Source: Phoronis australis (Eukaryota > Animalia > Phoronida). From it: DNA of 64,000 nt. Of this stretch, positions 1 through 11,731 are shown piece after piece. The translations under genes were made by a program, and so were the position numbers. Under the pieces are notes generated by a model. The model ran no database searches, had not been told where the DNA came from, and saw nothing but the letters and a program-made list of their open reading frames with translations. Positions within the stretch are counted from its first letter, which is position 1, and each line of letters begins with the position of its first letter. The stretch lies in NCBI GenBank assembly GCA_002633005.1, contig NMRA01000519.1, positions 150,646-214,645 on the forward strand, written 5' to 3'.

Positions 1-202
1 TGTCCATGATTAATACACGTCTCAAGATTCGCATCAATATTCACTTTTTATATCAGAAATGACATGTTTTTCTATATTGGTTTTTCACGACACGTTCAAG
101 GTCTCAGGGTCCGTGAGACTTCAGCCTTTTAAAAGATCAGGCCATGCATTGTATCTTCATCGTCTTGAAGCCCAACAGAACCGCGAACATTACCTGGAAA
201 TA

Positions 203-855
203 TCAATAACCACGTTTGGATGGTATAACGACTCGGGTACCATCTGGCTTGTACTCCAAAAAGGAGACTTTCTTTTCGACACTCAGAGAAGACGTTGGCA
301 ACGTCTGTCGCTTCCGCGTGAATTTGTCCAAGTCTGGCGTCATTTCCTTATTCCGGTCGAGCACCATACTCGACTCGGCACCAGAAATGGACGCCCTCCG
401 TGTCTTGCTCCTAGATAGGACGCTATCCTGCTGGAATATGTCGGGAATATAAACGTCAAACATGGTTCCCTCTTGGTATCCTTGGGCAAAGACATCGGTA
501 GGGGTCTCTTGCACTGTCACTGTAGCCGGTACCGACGAGCTTGTTGGGGTTGACACTTGCTCCGTCACCGCGGTAGACGCTGTTGTAGCTGATGAATTTG
601 TTAGCGATGTCTCATTCTGTGTGGATCCAGGACAACAGATGGCGTGCCAGCCACCGCTTCCCGATGGAGGCGCAGTCCCACGATTGCTCGGGGGAAGCGG
701 CGAAGGTGCTTCCGGTGGTAAGCCCAGAGCAATCATTTTTGCCCTGTGTCGTTTGTCCTTCCACCAGCAACAAAGGAATAAAGTTAAAGTCAGTACAGAT
801 AAAAATCCCGAGGAAACGCCGATCATGAGGTAGAGCAAGAAGTTTTCCCTTGTTT
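203..855 (-). CDS. Terminal exon of an uncharacterised single-pass membrane protein (TM helix plus Pro/Ser/Thr-rich cytoplasmic tail)
   Basis: Acceptor tgctttcag|AA at 856/855 (phase 1). The hydrophobic run FLLYLMIGVSSGFLSVLTLTLFLCCWW is followed by basic KDKRHRAK (stop-transfer). The frame is open to the stop at 203 and in phase with the exon ending at 1896. Confidence 0.75.
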
Positions 856-1895
856 CTGAAAGCATAAAACATACTTTGAACAGTAAAGTTTTATCTCAGA
901 AAAACGTGATCGGGCTCAAACTAACTCTAAAACGCTGTTTGGGACTCCCATTTTACAAAATAGGCTATCCCCAAAATAAATATTGTTTAAATGTCATACG
1001 AAAACATTAGAAAAGTAGTATCAAATACATGTAAGACATTTATGAATTTGATGTCACCTGAAATTCAGTAAAATTTCCATCACGCTACCTCAAACAGTTA
1101 AGGGCCTTAGCTGATTTTTGGAAATCCGAAATAATTTTCCAATAGTTGTTTCGTTGAAATTTGACGTCGTATGATAAAATTCGGGTCTTCCAATGTCACT
1201 TGGCCGTCCCCAGGGAGGGCCACTAGAAACTTGGGTATCAAGTTGAAGAGAGTTTTAGACATATAATGTAGGTGTGATAGACCGGAAGCTTGAACTTTCA
1301 AAGTGCCTGACCCTGACAAATTCACTTAAGTTTGCTCTCGCTTAGTCTTAATACGTGTAAATTGAGTCTTGATGTTAGGGCTGATATGCACTCTTGGGAA
1401 GAGATGAAACTATTTCTCAAGTTTATCGCTCCATGTTCCATCCACATTCTCGAGATAGCTTTGTTTCTCCCGGAGTTTGACAGATTCCGTAGCCTTCAGC
1501 AGGTTTTCAAACGTTACTTTTCAATCATGTTAAGAATGTAGCGAAATCAGCTTACTCGTAGTCTCTGTCTCATCCCTTAGCTATAGCGCTTATTTTCACG
1601 CAGGTCTACTAAATCTACAAAAGAGGGGACGGAGGTAAAACTTTTGGGGCCATAGCTGGTGTATACAGTTAGGTGGGTTGTTGGTGTACATAAATCTCGG
1701 GTCATTGGGGACTGGGGACGGTTCTTTCTCCACCCCCACCCCCAGACTGTTCTTTCTCCCCTTTCTTCCCCCTAAAACCAGAATTCCTACCTCTATGCTG
1801 ATACTGAGCTAAGTGCGTATTTTTAGAAAAAACTTAGGCAGAGTTACGGCTGTAGTGGCTTTTTATGCAACTCAAGGCGGAACTGACGTGCTTAC

Positions 1896-2196
1896 TGTCG
1901 CGACATGCTGATGGAAGTTTTAAATTCCCTTCTTTACATTGGCGCCACACCTGGTGATTTACAGCGGATACATCATCTGACCAATCATAGCCAGCGTCAC
2001 AAGAGAAGATCAGGGTTGTGGAAGCGGGAACTTTGTAGGACGTTCCAACCGGTAGGGCTACTGGTCCATCGCCCTTGTCATATGTGGCCCTGTACTTGTT
2101 TGCTTCTGGTATCGTAACCGTGCAACTGGCTGTGGAAATGCAAATATTTTCTTTGGTCAGCAAAGCAAATTTATTGTCCGTGATAGTACGTTCACT
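1896..2196 (-). CDS. Cys-containing sushi/CCP-like extracellular exon, copy 1 (5' boundary uncertain)
   Basis: Open frame ...CTVTIP...LIFSCDAGY...RQCKEG.LKLPSAC resembles the CCP pattern (F-x-C-x-x-G-Y ... C ... P-x-x-C). The GAC A|gtaagc donor at 1896/1895 is phase 1 and joins the TM exon in frame. The acceptor was not identified; an in-frame TAG lies at 2197-2199. Confidence 0.55.
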
Positions 2197-3107
2197 CTAT
2201 ATCGACGTATTAGCCGACTTCCATTTCGTGAAACACTCGCAAAAAACAAAATATCTGGTTTGCATTCATTGAAATACATGACGTACTCCTTGTTCTACCA
2301 GTTGTCCATAATATAGGGGGTTCTTTCACTTGCGTGCGTACGTTTAGATTGGGAATAGAATTTGCTCCACCGAGTGGGGATGCTAGTGGGTCAACTTGCT
2401 GAACGTGTGTGATTGTTCTTCATGTCGGAACATAGTTTCACTAGCTTTACCTGATGAGCTAAATTTATGGTCACTTGTCGGGGAAGCGTGTCTTAGAATT
2501 TTGATTGAATCTCGAAGAACAGCGGCCAGCCTTCCCAAAACCGTCGCAATCCTTCATTTTTGACGACCGTTATCTCCGTTGGTAAGTAAAGTCAGAAAGC
2601 TGAAATATTGTTTTCCGGTCACAAACCAAAAAACGAATGTCCAAGCGACTGGAAAGAAAAAGTGATGTTTTATAAAACTTTATGAAAAAAGTTTTATAAA
2701 AGTTTCAGGAAGCCGGTTGGCATTTTCATGACACTAGTAAAGGACATCATGCCGTTATCCACAGTGCACTGCTTGTGTTCGTCACCAAAATTGCTTGGTC
2801 GCTTGAACGTTGTCTGAGGATTCTGCCCTCCCAAACCCATTAGGACTGGCCACAAATTTACTAGACTCCATGTACGGGGCTTTCCATTGGGACAGTGCCA
2901 GATTGAAGCCACCCTGAACCGGACTATAACCTTAACCTGTAAACAAAGAAGCCGTCGACAACACCAGAGTCTATAAAATTCATAGCAAAAATATAAAAAT
3001 AAATTGACTGAGGATCTGGAGAGGTCACTGGATGAAAATGATACCTACGTGTAATTTACTGTACATGTAAAACTCATTTTGACATACGAGAATGACGAAA
3101 TACTTAC

Positions 3108-3171
3108 CATTTTCATTTTTAACAGACATCGTACGAAGAAACAAGAGAAGAATCACAAATTTTAACTCCAT
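3108..3171 (-). CDS. Candidate first exon (signal-peptide-like) of the membrane-protein gene, copy 1
   Basis: MELKFVILLLFLRTMSVKNEN followed by a G|gtaagt donor. The exons linking it to the sushi-like exon could not be resolved without stops. Confidence 0.35.
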
Positions 3172-3368
3172 AGATTCCACAGTCTTCACCACTTCATCTT
3201 TTTTATGATACCCGGGCATTGATGGACAGTTCATAATGTTTTAGTCTGTTTTGCTGTCATTGTGAAGTACTCCATGTGGATTCCAGTGTTGCAAATTTAC
3301 AGTCGCGCGAAAAACACATTTCATTCACGTGACATAGAACGTGTCTCAAAAATCTTGATCCGAAGTAA

Positions 3369-3617
3369 GGGGCCCGTTACAAGAAACTGATTTAATTTCG
3401 TTTTGACTTATTTCCAATATTGGTCAAAACTTCCAAACTTTGAAACTTCCACACCCGTTAAGTTAGTCTAACTTAAGACAAAAGGAAAGTCAAAGACTTA
3501 CGTCAAACCTAAGATCAATTTTTTGGAAAAGACTTGAGACAAATTAAAGTTTGATCATAAAGTTGACTTCAAATTAAGATTTGTCTTAGTTATTTAAGCT
3601 TTCTTGGAACGGGCCCC
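3369..3617. mobile_element. MITE with GGGGCCCG termini, PIF/Harbinger-like (second copy at 7768-8017)
   Basis: TIRs ggggcccgttacaagaaa / tttcttggaacgggcccc around an AT-rich interior. TSD unclear. Confidence 0.6.
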
Positions 3618-4122
3618 AGGTCGGGTATTGGATTTCCGATAAGAAGGACGAACCCAAAATGGGGAAGGAGTGACCAGAAATGGAAATACATGTAACAGGA
3701 ATTCAGGCGGGGCGGACAGGTGAACATGGCATTGCGTGATAGTGATAGGGCGGGCGGATATATATATTTTTCTTTTTACGTCATCAGGCCGCATATCTAA
3801 TGCCGTTCTCTTGTCGTTCACTCAAATGCCTAGAATATGAAAAATACCCAGACCTTGGTTCGACTGTCATTTTATACGATTGTTGGAAAATGGGGAATGA
3901 TCGGGCTGTGCTTTGAAGGCAGAGTCGTTGTTAACTAAAACGGTCGTCCCATTTTCCGTCAGACCATCGTTAATTTGGTTTGCCTTTTACATGGGGAATT
4001 CCGTCCGTCCGTCAGAAAGTGGAATCAAGCATAACCTTGCTTGGTCGGTTGCCGGAAATCCNNNNNNNNNNNNNNNNNNNNNNNNNNNNNNNNNNNNNNN
4101 NNNNNNNNNNNNNNNNNNNNNN

Positions 4123-5500
4123 AAAAATCTTGCCTCAACTTTGCACTTCAGTGAAAATTGTCTTGCAATACTGTCTATTTTCATAGTTTGAAAATGACGA
4201 GCAGAGTTTACAGACCATTTGAACAAACTTTTAGGCAAGAAGTCTGCTTGAAATAGTCATAGAAACCAAGTCTAAACTCTTTCAAATGAAAAACAAGATG
4301 TTTTCCGGGTTTATTACGCGGCTAGTATCAAAACTGAACCCGATGTCCTTTGCCCATGGAGGGAGTCAGTTGAAGTTAAGCTTGAGGATATATAAAAAAT
4401 GTACTTGTAACCGTCTCATATTCTTTCATTTCTGTTACATTATCAGGTTGATTTAAACACTCTGAAGAACTTTTAAATGGAAATAAATGCCTTTAAAATT
4501 AAACGAGTAAGAATTGATATTTGTAATGACTGGTTTTGAGAGAAGCAAGTGCATTTAAAAAGACAAAATGGCGGACGATGTCGATGGGCCTTCATGTTCC
4601 TTTTAGAGTTTATTCTGCAAAAAAATCCGATCACAAAAGCTTTGTGCTTTAGTGAGTTATGTCAAAGACACCACTGAACATTTGAAATACAGGAAAGTAT
4701 CTCACAAAGCAAGGCCTGTGCCAGAGTACGGACTCGTAGCTACTCCGAGTCGGTGAATTTCTTACTGAACAGGACCAGTCATGTCAGGTAATGCTGGATG
4801 TTACCACTCTGCTCCTCTCCCCCTGAACGTAGCAGCCTTGTCAAATTCTACTGGTATTTCTGTTTTGAGATATGACTTTAGTGAAAGTCGGAATGGAAAG
4901 GATCTCTGCGATCGCAAGATCGCTCCACTCAAACAACATGCGAAGTACTTTGTAGCCGAAGGTAACAATATCATAAACTTTCTGGATTTGAAAAAAGCAT
5001 TACTTTCCAGTGGCCGTTTGAAGGGATGTTATGTGTATGCATGTTCAGTCAATGCAACAAAGTCTTTTCCAAAATACTAAGTTCCTGGTACAAGAACATT
5101 CCTAAATTCCCACTATTCCACCCAAGGACTTCGCGTGTGGAAATCATTCCATGTAGGTGACGGTAAGTTCTGATAAATACTGAGAAAATGGGAAACCTAT
5201 TTCTCTAAAACACACTATTATGCCATTAAATTATTCAGCCATTGCCCTTTCAATTCGTATAATTCATTTGTTTTTACCGTACCATACATGCTAGTAAAAT
5301 GCATTCAAACATGCCTACTTCGACGCCCAATTCTGTTGCAAAATGGAGGTACAGGTCATAAAAAGAAAAATAATGAATGAACATTCTTAAAAAGTGATGT
5401 TTTTCTACATCTCAACAAACCAAACTCATGTGCTAAGTTTCAAAAAAATCTGTGATTTTGGGTATAGACTCTACCTGTTGGTTTTTATATGGAGTCACTC
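4123..5500 (+). mobile_element. DNA transposon remnant, Sola3-like, with a transposase fragment (4781-5080)
   Basis: Peptide GNAGCYHS...YDFSES.NGKDLCDRKIA resembles a DDE transposase segment. The right terminus ...ggagtcaCTC is followed by TTAA, matching the GAG..CTC/TTAA pattern described for Sola3. The left end is lost in the gap. Confidence 0.55.
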
Positions 5501-6294
5501 TTAAGGGCCTTAACTGATTTTTGGAAATCCAAAATAATTCTCCAATAGTTGTTTCGTTGAAATTTGACGTCGTGTGATAAAATTCGGGTCTTCCAATGTC
5601 ACTTGGCCGTCCCCAGGGAGGGCCACTAGAAACTTGGGTATCAAGTTGAAGAGAGTTTTAGACATATAATGTAGGTGTGGTAGACCGGAAGCTTAAACTT
5701 TCAAAGTGCCTGACCCTGATAAATTCACTTTGCTCACGCTTAGTCTTAATACGTGTAAATTGAGTCTTGATGTTACGGCTGATATGCACTCTTGGAAAGA
5801 GATGAAACTATTTCTCAAGTTTATCGCCCCATGTTCCATCCACGCTCTCGAGATGGCTTTGTTTCTCCCGGAGTTTGACAGATTTCGCAGCCTTCAGCAG
5901 GTTTTCAAACGTTACTTTTCTATCATCTGAAGAATGTAGCGAAATCAGCTTACTCGTAGTCTCTGTCTCATCCCTTAGCTATAGCGCTTATTTTCGTGCA
6001 GGTCTACTAAATCTACCAACGAGGGGACGGAGGTAAAACTTTTGGGGCCATAGCTGGTGTATACAGTTAGGTGGGTTGTAGGTGCACATAAATCTCGGGT
6101 CATAGGGGTCTGGGGACGGTTCTTTCTCCACCCCCACCCCCAGACTGTTCTTTCTCCCCTTTCTTCCCCCTAAAACCAAAATTCCTACCCCTATGCTGAT
6201 ACTGAGCTAAGTGCGTATTTTTAGAAAAAAACGTAGGCAGAGTTACGGCTGTAGTAGCTTTTTATGCAACACAAGGCGGAACTGACGTGCTTAC

Positions 6295-6595
6295 TGTCGC
6301 GACATGCTGATGGAAGTTTTAAATTCCCTTCTTTGCATTGGCGCCACACCTGGTGATTTACAGCGAAGACATCATCTGACCAATCATAGCCAGCGTCACA
6401 AGAGAAGATCAGGGTTGTGGAAGCGGGAACTTTGTAGGACGTTCCAACCGGTAGGGCGACTGGTCCATCGCCCTTGTCATATGTGGCCCTGTACTTGTTT
6501 GCTTCTGGTATCGTAACCGTGCAACTGGCTGTGGAAATGCAAATATTTTCATTGGTCAGCCAAGCAAATTTATTGTCCGTGATAGTACGGTCACT
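6295..6595 (-). CDS. Sushi/CCP-like exon, copy 2
   Basis: Duplicate of 1896-2196. The frame is still open and the gtaagc donor is intact, with a few amino-acid changes (e.g. DDVSAVN to DDVFAVN, LLTKE to WLTNE). Confidence 0.45.
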
Positions 6596-7507
6596 CTATA
6601 TCGACGTATTAGCCGACTTCCATTTCGTGAAACACTCGCAAAAAACAAAATATCTGGTTTGCATTCAGCGAAATACATGACGTACTCCTCGTTCTACCTG
6701 TTGTCCATAATATAGGGGGTTCTTTCACTTGCGTGCGTACGTTTAGATTGGGAATAGAATTTGCTCCACCGTGTGGGGATGCTAGTGGGTCAACCTGCTG
6801 AACATGTGCGAGTGTTCTTCATGTCGGAACATAGTTTCACTAGCTTTACCTGATGAGCTAAATTTATGGTCACTTCTCGGGGAAGCGTGTCTTAGAATTT
6901 TGATTGAATGTCGAAGAACAGCGGCCAGCCTTCCCAAAACCGTCGCAATCCTTCATTTTTGACGACCGTTATCTCCGTTGGTAAGTAAAGTCAGAAAGCT
7001 GAAATATTGTTTTCCGGTCACAAACCAAAAACCGAATGTCCAAGCGACTGGAAAGAAAAAGTGATGTTTTATAAAATTTTATAAAAAAAAGTTTTAAAAA
7101 AGTTTTAGGAAGCCGGTTGGCATTTGCAAGACACTAGTAGAGGACATCACGCCGTTATTCACAGTGCACTGCTTGTGTTCGTCACCAAAATTGCTTGGTC
7201 GCTTGAACGTTGTCTGAGGATTCTGCCCTCCCAAACCTATTAGGATTGGCCACAAATTAACTAGACTCCAAGTAAGGGGCTTTCCATTGGGACAGTGCCA
7301 GATTGAAGCCACGCTGAACCGGACTATAACCTTAACCTGTAAAAATCGAAGGCTTCGACAACACCAGAGTCTACAAAATCCATTGCAAAAATATAAAAAG
7401 ATATTGACTGAGGATCTGGAGAGGTCACTGGATGAAAATGATACCTACGTGTAATTTACTGTACATGTAAAACTCATTTTGACATACGAGAATGACGAAA
7501 TACTTAC

Positions 7508-7571
7508 TATTTTCATTTTTAACAGACATCGTACGAAGAAGCAAGAGAAGAATCACAAATTTTAACTCCAT
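7508..7571 (-). CDS. Candidate signal-peptide first exon, copy 2
   Basis: MELKFVILLLLLRTMSVKNEN followed by A|gtaagt; duplicate of 3108-3171. Confidence 0.3.
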
Positions 7572-8721
7572 AGATTCCACAGTCTTCACCACTTCATCTT
7601 TTTTATGATACCCGGGCATTGATGGACAGTTCATAGTGTTTTAGTTTGTTTTGCTGTCATTGTGCAGTACTCCATGTGGATTCCAGTGTTGCAAATTTAC
7701 AGTCGCGCGAAAACCACATTTCATTCACGTGACATAGAACGTGTCTCAAAAATCTTGATCCGAAGTAAGGGGCCCGTTACAAGAAACTGATTTAATTTCG
7801 TTTTGACTTATGTCCAATATTGGTCAAAACTTCCAAACTTTGAAACTTCCACACCCGTTAAGTTAGTCTAACTTAAGACAAAAGGAAAGTCAAAGACTTA
7901 CGTCAAACCTAAGATCAATTTTTTGGAAAAGACTTGAGACAAATTAAAGTTTAATCATAAAGTTGACTTAAATTTAAGATTTGTCTTAGTTATTTAAGTT
8001 TTCTTGGAACGGGCCCCAGGTCGGGTATTGGATTTCCGATAAGGACGAACCCAAAATGGGGAAGGAGTGACCAGAAATGGAAATACATGTAACAGGAATT
8101 CAGGCGGGGCGGACAGGTGAACATGACATTGCGTGATGGTGATAGGGCTGGCGGATATATATTTTTTTCTTTTTACGTCATCAGTCCGCATATCTAATGC
8201 CGTTCTCTTGTCGTTCACTCAAATGCCTAGAATATGAAAACATACCCAGACCTTGGTTCGACTGTCATTTTATACGATTGTTGGAAAAATGGGGAATGAT
8301 CGGGCTGTGCTATGAAGGCAGAATCGTTGTTAATTAAAACGGTCGTCCCATTTTCCGTCAGACCATCGTTAATTTGGTTTGCCTTTTACATGGGGAATTC
8401 CGTCCGTCCGTCAGAAAGTCGAATCAAGCATAACATTGCTTGGTCGGTTGCCGGAAATCCGGAATCGGCGGCTATATCTGGAATGAATAGTTAAAAGGAA
8501 TGAACAGCCCCCACCAATCAGTTGAAAGTTCGTTTTACTTATGTAAGCCATACACCTAGTGTAAATGTTTGGAATTTCGATTATTGCCTTTCGACAAGCG
8601 CGTGCTCCGGGTTATTTTATATTAGTACAGCAGCAGTATAGTAAGATATTGGGTCATGTCGCCAGATGGAGACACAGAGTCGACAATGTGTTAAGTTATC
8701 ACAAAGCTTTTTAATTATGTA

Positions 8722-8951
8722 TTTCGGTTTTCAGAGTTTGTTAAACGCACGACACTTTTCATTGTTAACAGTCTTTATTCCGTTGCGTTCGTACTTTCGG
8801 AACAAAACTTTACTCTCAACTGAGCATACATGCAGATACATGTACAGTAACTGACCTAACGAACGTACGTGTATATGTACGAACGCAACGCAATAAAGAC
8901 TGTGAACAATGAAATGTGTCGCGCGTTTAACAAATTCTGTATAACCGAAAA
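8722..8951. mobile_element. Small fold-back MITE (~75-bp imperfect arms)
   Basis: Left arm tttcggttttcagagtttgttaaacgcacgacac...gcgttcgtac is the reverse complement of right arm gtacgaacgc...gtgtcgcgcgtttaacaaattctgtataaccgaaa. Confidence 0.7.
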
Positions 8952-9746
8952 CTTACTCCCGTAGTACAGCCAATTATGTATTTCTTATATTTTGATCTTT
9001 GTCTCATACAGATCTGCAAAAATGAGGGTTCACACAATTGAGATTTCCGTTACAGTCGCCTAAACAGAAGCACCTCTGGCAAAAAGGTGAAATTTACACT
9101 CGAGTTTGTGTGAAGCCTCTTCTGATTAATTGAATTCCTTTTCAAAACGGATTTTACACAATGTCAGTTTCTAACCTTATTCTTTTGGCTGCTGTATTAA
9201 GGAGTTAAACCGCTTAATTTTCTTCATGTATGTTTTATTGGGATATATGTCGTGTTTTCCAGGAAAGAATGAATAGAGGTTACATGTGCATTTGATTGAT
9301 GACGACTTTATTATCTTGTTAGGGCTGTGGAAAAAGGTTAATCTGGCTTGAACAATGTAAGACAATACGTTTGTTCTTTAGTTAATTCAAAAATACTTTT
9401 GAGTTTAGTTGCACTTACTGTATAAAATTGGCAGTGCACGCTCTTTATTATGACTTCATTGTGAAATTCGGAGTTGCAACCTAACGCAAAACTTAATGCA
9501 AATTATACATATTTTCATTAATTATTCTGCTATTTGAAACAAATAATTGTAACTATTCAAATATAAATTGAACCAACGACTCCTTTGCGTTTTTGTTGGC
9601 CATAAGAGATTTTTTGTATCGTTCTGCCAACTTGCAACAGCGGGATACTCACATGTGCCAGGAAAAAATCCACTTAAAATTGTATCTTAATGGGAAAATA
9701 GCGCTTCGTTTTTGTCAACTTGGACGGCCACCCTCTCTAGGTTTAA

Positions 9747-11451
9747 AGGAGAATGTCACCCAAAAACAACCTATTGTGTATCAACTTAAATCGAGTAGTT
9801 CTACTCCATAACGGCACGTCCGTTTGCGTTATCTGACACCTGACGGCAGACGGAGGTGTTGAAAATATCCAATGACGTAATTGGTTTCACACGCAGTCAA
9901 TTCAGCAGTTCACAACAGGTGTCAGCTTATGGCTTAATATCAACGTTTAACACCAATTAATGATCAAACTTCGATGTAAAACTCTTAAAAATAAACCGAG
10001 TTCTTATAAAAAACGTGTTGTTTTATTTCGCTGTTACGATTCACTGGTATTTGGACACGCCGTAGCCTAAAACGTTCGGCAGGCCAATTTACCAAGGTCC
10101 GTAACAGGAGTTTGGGTCTGTTCGGAAAAAAATTCGAAGTATTCTTCCGTGAAATACAGACAGGAGAACCTAAATCTGTGTTCTAAACACACAAAAAGCT
10201 TGTTATCCCGGCTAGTGGCTCGCAACCCGATCACTAGGCCCGGTGTCGCGGCCGGACTGACTCGTTATCCCGGCCAGTGGCTCGGAACCCGATCAGGCCA
10301 GTCGCCGCCGCCGGGACTGGCACGAACATTAACCGGCTTGAGTTGGACACTAAACCTGCAGTTACGAAATAAAGTATAATAGTGAGCCAAAAAGTAATGT
10401 GCAGGTAATTATTTATGAGAATTAGCCATGAAACTGAAAATCTGCTAACATGTACTTAGTAGCGGGGGCCGCGATGTCGGGGTTCCCCTTCCACAGACCG
10501 TCAGGGTAAAGCTTGTACAGTAACAGTGATTTGAATAATGTATTTGTATTTCTAAATAAATATTCCCTAACATGTTACCACAGCATATAAACTCGAGTAA
10601 TTGTTTCACAACAATTTTCTGTCAGCAAACACTGAATTAGCATGCGCTCACACGACCTCTGTACCCGGTCAATTATCTTTGATGCCGGCATCAAAAGCCG
10701 GTAACGCAGTGGTTTATTCATTGCTGGTTTCTCAAAACTTTTGCACTCACGAGCACTCCGAGGCATTACAAATTGTTTCTAATGAGACTGACTTTGTTCC
10801 AGTTTCATATAAGCATTGGTTAGGATGAGAATAATTCATTTTGAAACAGAACGCAGAATAATATACGTCTACAAGGCAACTCTCCCGGCGCCAATCCCGA
10901 CTTAGTCAAGAGCTCATCCGACGAAGACTTCACGGGTCGGTTCCTTAGGTTTCACAGGCTATATCGGCTCGAACCGGAATACACTGATCAAGAAATACTA
11001 GAGAGGCGTCGTGAACATGTACAGGCAACGGAACGCATGGATAGTTCTTTGGTAAGCCGGAATTCGTCACGGATATCACTGTCGACGAAATGCCGGCTAC
11101 AGACACGGAGAAGTTTCACGGCCTCATACTTGCTATTAACAGCCTACCTTTGATTATTCACTCCAGTGAGCCACTTCCTAAGCATTTCGGGCTCTCGAGG
11201 CAGTCGACAAAAAAACCATATACCCGCTTTCTTTGCAGCTTCATAGTTCGGACAAGCGGGAACGATGCAGCGCATTATAGCGGCATTCACTCTGCAGACG
11301 CACCACTGACGTCGGTGCGTCGTTTCTCACCTTCCTTACAGGTTAACGCGACATCACTCGGCAAGATGAGGTCGACCGTATAAGAGGCGATAAGGATATA
11401 GACTGATTAAGACGGTAAAAAAAGACTAATTAATTCAGGTGGCATTCTCCA
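9747..11451. mobile_element. Kolobok-like non-autonomous DNA transposon
   Basis: TTAA|aggagaatgtcacc ... ggtggcattctcca|TTAA: TIR with 2 mismatches, purine start and TTAA TSD. Contains a ~63-bp tandem duplication at ~10200-10300 and degraded coding motifs. Confidence 0.65.
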
Positions 11452-11731
11452 TTAAGTTAGGCGACGGGTCGCTTACCCGACATCCCGGCTTCAAAGAAAC
11501 CTGGACTATATTAGATTTTTGGATTTGGGTTTAAGTTCCAACGCTTTGCGTGTTTCTTGTTTCAAATTACACAAATCTTAGTTTTATCGTTGAGTTGGTG
11601 AAAGTTTAATGAAAATATTCATTCTCTTATCAGACACACAGCAGACAATGGAGTTTTTCAGTTCGTCACATCCTCGCCCTCTATTAATCAAAGTTCTCAG
11701 CTCGATGACGTCAGCTATATCTTCCTTCCGG

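Larger units (their letters stand above)
1098..8460. repeat. Direct duplication of ~2.96 kb: 1098-4061 and 5501-8460
   Basis: Near-identical sequence with scattered substitutions and small indels, offset ~4400. Copy 1 ends exactly at the N-gap (4062-4122); copy 2 starts at a TTAA. Confidence 0.95.

Noticed and set aside
2451-2648. Phase-1/phase-1 exon candidate with an in-frame TGA (selenocysteine or readthrough idea)
   Set aside because: The peptide resembles no known domain, no SECIS was identified, and exon status is unproven.
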